From Mucisphaera calidilacus (GTDB lineage Bacteria > Planctomycetota > Phycisphaerae > Phycisphaerales > Phycisphaeraceae): a stretch of 32,000 nucleotides of DNA. Position numbers and translations under genes: made by a program. Location: NCBI RefSeq assembly GCF_007748075.1, contig NZ_CP036280.1, positions 3,360,001 through 3,392,000 on the forward strand. The letters are read 5' to 3'. Shown piece by piece: positions 16,216 through 28,200 of the stretch. Position 1 is the stretch's first letter, and every line of letters begins with the position of its first letter. The notes below the pieces were generated by a model that made no database searches, was not told the DNA's origin, and saw only the letters and a list, made by a program, of their open reading frames with translations.

Positions 16216-19200
16216 GTGTTCTCACGCAAAAAGCGACGTACAGCGATGAAGAAACGGTCGAGCAAGCAGCAGCAGGCGAAGCAGCCGGCGCGCAAGAAGA
16301 GCAGGCTCCAGCTCGAAGCCCTCGAGCCTCGTGTCCTGCTCACGACGCTCTTCGGCGGCGACACCTTTGTCTACACCGACGCCAACGACAACAACGTCGA
16401 GGTGCAGATCGAGGGCGACGTCATCGTCGAACTCATCGCGGCCCAGTACAACCCCGCCATCGACGGCTTCGAGATCGGCAACCTGCCCGGCCTGCTGCTG
16501 GCCGACGGCGGCGGGCTCAACTCCCCGATCATCGGACGCACCAGCTCCTCCATCACCGTCTTCAACGACGACGGGGCCGCGGTCAACAACGTCTACGGCG
16601 CGATCAACGGCGGGCTCAACGGCACCATCGGCTCCACCTTCTGGACCGACATCAGCTCGTTCATCATCCCCGACACCATCACCGGGGTCACGGTGCCCGA
16701 GGACGACGCGCTCGAGTACCAGTCGATCGCCACCAACGCGGCGGGCGACACCTACGGCTTCCTGGTCCTGCCGCGCACCTACGTCGATGCCAACGGCGAG
16801 GAGTTCGAACAGAACGAGATCTTCGTGGTCAGGCTCGACTCCACCGAGGGGGGCACGACCCACGAGCTGATCGCCTCGTTGTCCAATCTGCAGGGGGGGC
16901 TGGGCTCCGGCGGCCCCGACGCGATCGGGCCGCTCTACAACCTCGAACTCGATGCCGATACCAACGCCGCCGACTGGGAGCCGCTGGTCCGCGCCGCCGA
17001 CTTCAACCCCGGCGACGGCCTGCTCTACTTCGTCGTCGAGGCCGAGGACCCCACCATCGGCTCGCCGATCGACAAGCTCTTCGCCTACGACGTCGAGAAC
17101 GACGTCACGTTCCCCGTCGTGGACCTCGAAGGATCACCCGCCGATCCCGCCGACCCCGCGCCGCTCTTCCCGCCCAGCGAGGAACAGTTCATCTCGTCCA
17201 TGGCCTTCGAGGTCACCGGACAGGAAGACGGCAACAACACCTACCGCATGGTCTTCTGGATCGACGTCGACGACGAGGAGATCGGCGGCCAGCTCGCCTG
17301 GGTTGACGTGACCGAGGACCCGACCGACGACCTGCGGAACACCATCGCTACGCAGGCCTCGGACAGCGCCAACTTCAGCTTCTCGGGGGCGCTCGTCGAC
17401 CCCGCCACGGTGCGCGAGGACGACCCCACGAACATCACCGGCGTCACCGGCATCGAGTTCTTCGGCGACAACACCCTCAACACCGAGCAGTTCCTCTACA
17501 TCGTCGACGGCGACAACGCGCTGCTCTACCAGGTCGACATGACCGACACCAGCCAGGTCCGGACGATGGGCGTCACGACCGACGGCGACCCCGACGAGCC
17601 GAACGGCGAGAACCTCGCCGGCATGGCCTACGACGCCAACACGCTCAACCCCTTTACCGGCACGCCCGGCGTCTTCTTCGCCACGGACACCGAGACGGAC
17701 AACCTGGTCATCCTCGACCACCGCTTCCGGCCCTCCACCGAGGCGGGCGCCGGTGCCGATCTCTTCATGATCTACGTCACCAAGGGTGACTCGGAGAACG
17801 GGCGCATCCGCATCGCGATGCGTAACGACGACATCTTCGTGACCGGCAACGAGGACCCCCGCAGCCTGACGCCTTACGGCGGCGAGGCGTACGAGTGGTC
17901 GGCGGCGCTGACCGACGGGACGCCGACCATCACGCCCCCCGGCGGCTCGGGCGGCGTGCTCATCGGTGCCGTCGATGATCCGGACAGTGACATCCCCGTC
18001 AACGTTCTCGACCCCGTTTACGTCGGCAACCTCCCCGAGGGCCGCAACGAAGTCCCCGACTTCGTCACCTACCCCTACCTCTTCGACACCCACGTCAACC
18101 TCAACCAGGGCACGCCCGAGGACGAGGGCCCCGACGTCGCGCCGGGCGTTCAGATCTCCGCGTCGCTCTGGGACTACTACTCGGGGTCGCTGCTCGGCTC
18201 GCTGATGGGCAACAACATCGACGTCGTGACCGAGGCCGCCATCAGCGCCGACGGCACGCGTCTGGCGCTCATCGACTCGGACGGCGTCGACGCGCTCGGA
18301 CGCACCGTCGACGAGAACGGCGACTTCATCGGCGACGAGCTGTTCGTCTTCAACCTCAGCACGCTGCAGCTCGAGCAGTCGACACGCATCTTCTCCAACG
18401 CCTCTGGCTCACGCGCCACGCTCAGCAACATCCAGGGCCTGGACTTCGGCGACTTCGACTCCGACGGCGTCGACGAGCTGTACGCCATCTACAACGCCGG
18501 CGGCAGCGCCAGCGTCGGCGTCCTGCAGGTCGGGTCGAACGGCCTGTTCACCGGCGAGTTCATCGCCAACGCGGCCATCAGCCGCGCGCCCGGCAGCCCG
18601 CCCGCCACCAACACCGCGCCCGCCGCCGACGACATCCGCATCACCCTGCGCGACGGCACCAACATCGACGTCGACCTCGACCAGCTGCCCGACCTGACCA
18701 CCGTCACCCTCCAGCAGCTCATCGACGTCATCAACGACGATCCCGACAACCTCGCCAACCCCGACGCGAACATCGGCGGCAAGCTCCTCGAGGTCCGTGG
18801 CAACAACACGCTGCTCTCCGACTTCAAGGTGGGCAACTTCACCCACCTCGAGTTCATCGACCGCAGCAGCCTCTTCTACATGATCGACAACGGCAGCTCC
18901 ACGCTCGCCAGCGCACTCGGCCTCGACAAGGTCGACGGCTCCGACCGCATCAACGAGAACCAGCTGCCCGACGGCACCCTCAGCGCCGGCCTCGCCTTCG
19001 AAGACATCTACGCCCGCCTGCACGACGACACCGTGCTCCACGACATCCAGGACGCCCAGGGCGAATCCCTCTTCACCGCCGCGGGCGTCAACACGCTCCT
19101 GAGCAACGGCGCGGGCGTTGTTGACTTCACCATCGAGACGCGCGACGGCAACACCTTCGAGGTCGATCTCGACGGCGCCGCCTTTGCGGCCCTCGACGAC

Positions 19201-22200
19201 ACCAGCACCCTCGACGACTTCATCACCGCACTCGGCACGGTGCAGGACACGACCGCCACAACCGACATCGCGACCGCGCTCAACTTTGCTGTCACCGGCC
19301 GGCTGCAGATCACCGATACCACCGTCTTCGACGACAACAGCATCTTCCGGGTCGTGATCGCCAACGACAGCACCGCGATGGCGCTGCTCGGCCTGACGTC
19401 GACCAACGCCGAGGACTCCACGGGATCGACAACCCGTATCGACGGCAACACCGTCGACAACATCACCGGCAACCTCGCCATCAGCCTTGATACCCCGATC
19501 GACGCCCTGCTCGACCGCAACCTCAATCCGGTCGATGTCACCGACGCCGACATCACCCTCAAGGGTCAGGACGGCGCGCCGCAGAACTACACCTTTGTCG
19601 CGGGCAACACGCTCCAGACCATCATCGACGATCTCGCGCCGGACGACTTCACGCTGAACATCGCGCCGGGCACCGCGGTAACCCTCGACGACGGCAACGC
19701 CGCCGGCACCACCATGCAGCTCAGCGACCAGGCCGGCTCGAGCTTCTTCAGCCAGCTCTTCTTCGGGACCAACGAGACCGGCACCGCGGCGATCGACGAC
19801 GACAGCGCTCCCGACGTCGCCGGCAGCAACCCGGGCATCATCCGCCCCGACGATTTCTTCTCCACCGGCCAGACGATCACGCCCGCCGCGCAGCTCAGCG
19901 CGATCTGGGCCAGCGAGATCACGGGACGCGTGCAGGCCTTCGCGATCGACCCGATCACCCAGCACGGCTTCGCCATCGACGACGGCTCGGTCGACGGCAC
20001 GTCGCTGATCGAGTTCAACCTCATCACCGGCGCCGCGATCCGTTCGGGCCTGCTCCCCGATCAGCTCGACGGCGCGGACACCACCGCACGCTTCGGCACG
20101 ATGGACTTCACCAGCGACGGCAACCTGCGCGCTCACGACGTCGCCACCGGCAGCCTGATCACCATCGACACCACGAATTTCCGCAGCGGCCTGCTCTCCG
20201 CCGCGAACATCCCCTTCACGGGCAACCAGCGGATCGCGATCGACCTCCAGGACGGCACGACCGACTTCTTCGTCGACCTCACCGGAGCGAACGACTTCCA
20301 GGGCATCATCAACCGCATCCAGTCGGCGACCAACGGCAACGTCTCGGTCACGCTCGGCGGGGCCAACTCGCTCATCCTCACCGACAACACCGCGGGCGGC
20401 GGCACCTTCGCCATCCGCAACGCCGCCGGCACCAATGCGGCGACGCTGCTGGGCATCAACACCGTGGACAACGGCGGCGGCGACCTGCGAGCCGACGTCG
20501 GCATCATCCAGGGCCAGCCCAACTTCACCGCGGTCAACATCGACCCGACCCTGAGCACCGTCTCGGGCAGCATCGGGCCGGACATCGGCGCGATCACGTT
20601 CAACAACGCCACCAGCGAGTTCCTCGGGCTGAACAACGCCCTGAGTGTCCACCGCCTGCTGAACGAGGCGGGTTCCAACGAGTCGGCGGCGCTCGTCCGC
20701 CTGGCCGGGTTCGAGGCCGGCGACGCCGAGGGCCAGGACCTCCGCGACCTGTTCATCGGCGGCACGCTCACCGGCGTCTTCTACGGCACCGGTTCGATCG
20801 AGACCCTCTACGTCGGCTGGGCGATCACCGGCGACGCCACCGGCAAGAACACCGGCCTGTTCACCAACACACTCGATCACGACTTCATCCTGCTCGGCGA
20901 CGTGCGCGACCTGATCTTCTCCTCCTCCGTGGGCGGCTCCGACGCGCTGGAGACCACCTTCAACGTCACGCCGCTGCTCACGACCGGCACCGACATCTCG
21001 GTCGGCGGGACCATCGGGCGGCTCATGGTCGCGCGTCCGGGCTCCGGCCTCTACGCCGACGTCACCGTGCTCAACCCCGTTGAGTTCAACGACGGCATCG
21101 ACTACGACGACCTGCCCTACTCCGAGATCGAGGGCAACAACGACCCGAACATCACCGACCGCATCACCCAGAAGTGGTCGCTGCCCGAGATCGAGCCCTA
21201 CGCCACGCTCTACGCCGGCGACGGCCGCTTCTCCAACGACAGCTTCGAGACGGCCGAGCCGCTCGGGGCACTGCGCAACGGCGGCATCGACGGCTCCGAG
21301 GCCCTGACGGTCCGCGGCACGCTCTATTCCGGGATCAACGACGACGACCACGTCGACTACTACAGCCTCGGCCTGCTCGCCGGGCAGACCATCACACTCG
21401 ACCTGGTGCCGGTTCTCGACATCGACTTCAACCCCTTCCGCGTCGGCATCTTCGACCCGGACGGCCGACTCGTCGCCACCAACTACGCGCACGTTGACAA
21501 GGTGCGCAAGGCCAGCGACTTCTTCGAGTTCACCGCCGACATCCCCGGCGAGTACCGCTTTGCTGTCGGCGTCTTCACGAACCCGCTCTTCGAGGACGGC
21601 GGCGACACGATCACCGCTGAGTACAACCTCGACATCTTCGGCGTCGGCAACATGGGCCTCGGCGGCGTCGTCGCGACCAACATCGCCAACAACATCATCA
21701 GCGTCGCGCAGGGCGACATCGGTGCGGTCCGCGCCGACACCAACCAGATCGCCAACGTCGGCTTCCTGGCCGGCCGCAACATCCGCTCGATCGACGCGGC
21801 CGACGACATCGGCTACCGCGAGGGCGAAGACATTGTTGATTTCAGCATCATCGTCCAGGCCGGAGGCGACGTCGGCCTGATCCGCCAGCAGTTGGGCATC
21901 GGCGAGGGCACCATGCAGATCGGCAGCCTGTTCGCGGGCGGCGACGTCCAGATGATCGAGGCCGGCGGCATCTTCATCGGCAACCTCTCGATCGACGGCG
22001 GCCTCGGCGTCCTCCGGGCCGGTGGCATCAACGGCAGCGACACGGCCGGCGGCGACTACGAGGGCCCGATCAGCAACATCCGGGTCAACGCCGACAACTC
22101 GCTCGACGGCGACGGCATCATCGACCTGATCGACGTCGCGGGCGACCTCGGATCGAGCGCCCAGGCCCCGAACAACACCGTCGTCATCGGCGGCCCCTCC

Positions 22201-25200
22201 ATCAGCACCGGGCCCGACGGCAACGTGCGCTATATGCGCGTCGGCGGCCTGATCTACCAGAACAACGACTTCGGCGCCGGCCAGTTCGGCGAGTTCCGGC
22301 TCGACGCCGGCGAGGGCGCCACGATCGTCGACGACAGCGGCGCGACCGTGCGCATCGCACCGGTCGACACCGGCGAGGTCGTGACCAACGAGGACGGCAC
22401 AACCCCCGACGAGGACGACCCCGTCGCCTTCCTGACCTACCGAACCTTCGCGATCGCCGACGGCGGCTCGGTGCTCGTCGACATCCACTCCTCCGGCGGC
22501 GTCTCGATCGTCGGCAACAGCCTCGGCACGGGGGCCCCGGTCGAGATCGGCGCCATCTACGCCAACGGCCAGGGACGCGCCGTCACGATTAACGAGGAAG
22601 AGGGCTTCGCCGAACTGCCCGAGCTCGAGGTCTTCGAGGAAGAGATCGACCTCTACGTCAGCATCGGGGGCGGCCACAACAACCCCGTCCACGTCTACTA
22701 CGTCGGCACCGATGGCGACGACAACGGCACCTCCGAGACGCGCGGCCAGTTCAGCGCCATCACCAACAACACCGGCGGCGAGATCGTCAACATCGAGGCC
22801 GCCACCATCGGCACCCTCAGCGTCGACGGCGTCGTCGGCTACGGCCTCAGCTACGCCACCGACTCGGCGGTCCGCGGCTTCCTTCTCACGCAGGACATCA
22901 TCGCGAATGAGAACATCGCCACGGTCGTCACCGCGCCGCGCACCGGTGTTGTCTCGGGCAGCATCGAGAACGTCCGCACCGACACGGCACTGGGCAACTT
23001 CTTCGTCTCCGGCATCGTCACCAGCGTCCGCGCCGACGCCGACGGCATCGACGACCCCAACCTCTTCGAGGGCGTCAACGGCGCGTTCATCGTCATCGAC
23101 GATTCCGGGCTCGAGATCCTCAACGGCAACATCTTCAGCTTCGACGTGGGCGAGGGCATCTCAAGCTCGGGCTCCGGACAGTTCGCCGAGGCAGGCATCT
23201 TCGCCATCGGACGCATCGACGGCGGCTCCCTGATCATCGGCACGGGGGCCATCGGCTCGATCACCGGCCGCGACGCGGCGATCTACGGCGACATCTACGC
23301 CGACATCTCCATCCAAAACATCAGCCTCACCGGCGATTCGGTCATCAGCGGCGGCGACATCCTCGTGACCGCCGGTTCGGCTGCGACGCTCCAGCTGCTG
23401 GACCCTCTTGTCCTTATCGACGGCGGCCTGGCCAGCGGCCTGAGCATCAACGACCCCGACCCGGACGCCGTCGCGCTTGGCGAGCGGCAGCGTGTCGGCC
23501 TGAACAACATCAACGTCAATGGCACCGGCGGCATCATCGGTGCCTTCATCGGCGGCCCGCTGATCGGCAACATCACCGTCAACAACGGCTTCGGCATCTT
23601 CAACTCCGTCGTCGCCTCCCCCGGCACCGAGGGGACCATCAACAACCTCAACATCGACGGCTACGGCCTCCGCGGCACCTACGTCACCAGCAAGGGCGAC
23701 ATCAACAACATCCTCGTCAACGGCCGCGGCGAGCAGCTCGCCGTCACCGACTTCTCCGTCCACGCACGCTCCAGCGAGTCCGTTGGCGTCGATCCCGCCA
23801 CCGGCATCGCCTTCGACCCCGCCACCGGCCTGCCCATCGACCGCTACAACGACCTGCACCGGTTCCTCGGCACCGACGCGACCACACCCGGGACCAGCGA
23901 CCTCGACAACGCGGGCGTGATCGACAGCGCGGTCATCCAGACCGCCGGCAACCTCACCGGGCAGATCCGGGCTTACCAGATCGCCTCCACCTATGACCCC
24001 TCCGACGAGCACCCCTTCAACGACCAGATCCTCTCGGACACCCTCGGCAACGCCCTGCCCGCCTACACCTACATCAACGTCGCCGGCAAGCTCAACAAGC
24101 TCATCCTGACGAGCACCGCCGCAAACCTCCAGGATCATCACAACATCAACACGGTCGCCGGCCAGTCGCTCGGTATCGACCCGTTCACCTCGCTGCCCAC
24201 GGAGCTGGCCGACGTCTCCATCGCCGGCCTCTCGATCACCGCGGGCGAGCTGGGGACCTTCACGCCGGGCGCCAACGTGGTCGGCCTCGACCTCACCGTC
24301 GACGGCCTGATCCGCAACCTCAACTTCAAGGGCGACCTGCTCTCGCTCACCGAGCTGGATCCCATCCTGACCTCCTCCATCGAGGCCAGGGGACCGGGCG
24401 GGCAGATCACCAACCTCACCGTCGCAGGCGACATGCAGGCCGATATCTTCGCCACCAACTACATCAACCGTGTGACGATCGATGGCGACCTCACGGGCAC
24501 CATCACGGTGCTCCGCGGCGACCTGCGCGGCCGCGGGCTGGGCACGCTGACCCTCGGCGGCGACCTGATCGACGGCGGGCTCGATATCGAGGGCGACGTC
24601 AACGCCATCCGCATCGACGGCAGCGTCGGCAACCCGCGCAACGCGTTCGACGAGATCGCCGACCAGCTGCTGATCACCGGCAACCTGGGCACCTTCCAGT
24701 CCGGCCAGCGCGTCGACGGCGCCAACATGGCCCTGGACCTGGTGGTCCTGGGCGACATGCGCACCCTCGACGTCTCGGGCATGTTCACCGGCGAGCTGTT
24801 CGTCGGCGGAGACCTGGGCAGCTTCCGCGTCGCGGCCGACGCCGTCACCCGCGGCACCACGATCATCGGTTCCGAGTTCGGCGACGTCGACGTCAACGTC
24901 AGCGGGACGATCGGCTCGGTCACCGTCAGCAACGGCCACGTCGGCGACGGCGAACTGGACACCAACAACGACGCGGTCCTCGAACGCGTGCGCATCAACG
25001 CCGGAGAGGGCATTCGCAATTTCTCGGTCACCAACGGCAGCGTGCTCGCCGACGCCCAGGTCGCGTCGGCGCTCGGCGACATCAACGCCATCACCGTCCG
25101 CGGCGGCGACTTCCACGGACGCGTCGACGCCAACGCCGGCACCGTCAGGAACCTGCGCCTCTCCGGGTCCGACTTCGGCGGCTCCCTCAACGCGCTCGAG

Positions 25201-28200
25201 CTGTCGAGCTTCACCATCGACGGCTCGCTGCTCACCGGCGCCACGATCGACGTGGACGAGGCGGGCCGGATCTCTATCGGGCAGGACATCCAGGCCGGCG
25301 TCGTGGTCACGCTCGGCTCCGCGCAGTCGCTCACCGTCCGCAACGACCTCAACGGCACCCTCCTCGTCGAGGGCACGAGCAGCAGGCTCAACCTCACCGT
25401 CAGCAACGACGTCACCGGGCAGGTGTTCCTCGGCGCCGACGCGAACATCCGGATCGGCGGCGACCTCGACTCCAGCACGCCCATCACCGTCGACACGACG
25501 CTCGCCGAGCTGGGCATCGTCGGCTCGCCCGGCTCCTCCATCGAGGTCCAGCTCCGCGACGGGACCGCCCCGCGCGTCGTCGACCTCACCGGTGTGTCCA
25601 CCATCGCGGAGCTCAAGGCCGCCATCGAGGCCGAGGTGCCCTTCGTCATCGTCAGCATCGACGACGACCAGGAGGCCATCCGGCTCACCGACGAGTCGCC
25701 CGACAACGGCGCGACCTTCTCCGTCACCGACCTCGGCAACGGCACGATCGCCCGCACGCTCGGCTTCAACACCGCCGACGGCGGGGCCGGCGACCGCGAC
25801 AACAACGCCAACGGCACCATCGAGGGCGCGCCCATCGGCTTCGGGCTTGTCCAGGGCACCTCGCTCGAAGACCTCGGCGCCGACATCGCTCCCGACAGCG
25901 ACCTGCGCTTCACGCTCAGCGACGGCTCGAGCCTCTCCGTCTCGCTCGCCGGTGCCGAGTCCCTCCAGGACATCATCGACGCCATCAACGCCGTCAGCAT
26001 CAACCTCACCGCGGGTCTCGACCCCACCGGCACGGCGCTCCAGGTCACAGACGCGACCGGCAACGGCCTGCAGATCCAGAACGGCGTCGACTCGCGCATG
26101 GCCGAGCGGCTCGGCCTGCTCGCCACCGACGGCGCGCTCGGCGACAACGACGGCGCGCTCGACGGCACCATCACCGGCTCCCGCCTCAGCGGGGCGCTGC
26201 TCTACATCGACGGCGACGCGAGCAACCTCAGCATCGACAGCGTCAACGGCGGCGTCTTCGTGACCGGCGAGCTCAGGAGCCTCAACGCCAACAGCATCGA
26301 CGCCTCCGTCATCGTCACGGGACAGGACCTCGGCAGGATCAACGTCCGCAACGACATCAGCAACACCCTTGTCCAGGCCGGACTCCTGCCCACGGCCAGC
26401 ATCGAGCAGGTCGCGCTGCAGATCCGACAGGACCTGCCCGGGCAGGCGGTCGTCCTCTACAACCCGGTCGACGGCACCGACGCCAGCCGCGGCGAGATCG
26501 GCAGCCTCAGCGCCGTCAACCTCACCGAGTCCGTCATCGCGGCGGGCGGCGAGTTCGGCACCCTCCGCCTCAGGGGCGGCATGACCGACAGCTCTGTCTC
26601 CTCCGGCATCGTGTTCGGCGTCACCGCCGTCAACGACGCCGCTCGTGACGCCACCACCCTCGGCACCGCCGCCGAACGCAACGACGCTCGCGGCACCGCG
26701 GGCGACCGCGTCCTCACCCAGGGCGACTTCGGCAGCGCCACCATCTCCGGCAGCGTCGCCACCAGCGCCATCACTGCCGGCATCGACCCGGGCGACGACG
26801 GCATCTTCGACGCCAACGCCACCAGCCTCGTCGGCGCACCCGCCGCCAACGACAGCAATATCTACAGCTCCACCACCGGCGGCCAGAGCGCGATCGGCAC
26901 CCTCAACGCCGGAGCCTGGGACGGCGCATCCCTCGGCCTCTCCGACGGGCCCATCAGCAGGACCAACCTCCCCGGCGGGCAGCAGGGCATCTTCGACTAC
27001 ACCATCGAAGCCATCGACGGCGCGGCCGGCAGCCCCGTCGCGGCCCTGCCCGTTACCGTCATCGCACCCAACGCCGACGGCACCATTACCGTCCCCGGCG
27101 CGACCGGCTCGCTCATCGTCCGGCCCGCGGGCGGCGCGACCGTCGTGGTCTACGACGACAACGCCGCCGACGACACCATCGACGCCATTGTCATCACCGG
27201 CGGCGCCCGCAACGCCAGCCTGACCATCACCGGCGACGGCGCGAACGACCCCGCCGACTGGGCCATCGAACGCATCCTCGCCGACGACGACGCCTCGCTC
27301 GCCACCCTCCGGTTCGACGGGCTGCTCACCGGCGACGACGCCACGGGCACCGTCGACCTCTGGCTCGAGTCAGGCCTCAGCACGCTCGTGCTCGGCGGGT
27401 TCGCCGAGACCACCGCCAACGGGCTCACCGGCCGTATCGCCGGCGACATCCGCACCGCCGACCTCGGCACCGTCGGCGGCGGCAACCTGACCATCGGCGG
27501 CGAGGTGAGCAGGCTCACCCTCGGCGGCAGCGAGAACTCGCCGGTCCTCGGCAACGCGGCCGAGTCCGCCTCGCCGGGCATCACCGAGATCACCTTCACC
27601 AACACCGGCCTGTTCTATTCCTTCGACGGTAACACTGGCCTCTTCCAGTCCAGCGACACCACCGACGTCGCCACCTTCGCCATCGCCGACAACGGACCGA
27701 GCACCATCGCCGCCGACCTCGGCATCGCGGGCACCGACGGCGCCGCGGGCGACACCGACAACACCGACAACAACGCGATCCTCGGCACGCAGCTCTCCGC
27801 CGACCCCATCACCCTCGACACCACCCTCGCCGACCTGGGCATCGACCCCACCGGCGGCAACGTCGACTTCGCCTTCCGCGACGGCAACACGGCCACCATC
27901 GACCTCTCCGCGGCCACCACGCTCCGCGACGTCGCCAGCATCCTCACCGCCGATTCCGAGGGACGCCTCTACACCACCCTCACCGACGACGGCGAGCTGC
28001 GCATCGTCGAGACCAGCACCACCACACGCGTCAGCATCGACGACACCCTCGCGTCGGGCGTCGAGATCAACCCCGGCGAAACACTCACGATCAGCCTCCG
28101 CGACGGCGGCGACGACCTCACCATCAATCTCTCCAACGTCTACACGCTGCAGGACCTCATCGACGCGGTCAACACCCAGTCCTTCCGCTTCTTCACCGAC

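Noticed and set aside
18409-22692. 1,427-aa minus-strand ORF, with similar ones at 23161..25116, 24459..26174, 27370..29148, 29076..29960 and 31407..32000, all antisense to the giant gene
   Set aside because: The products are monotonous Gly/Asp/Val/Ala/Glu/Arg strings with no domain grammar. They are the expected stop-poor shadow frames opposite a high-GC3 coding frame, and the +1 frame gives recognisable domains and repeats.
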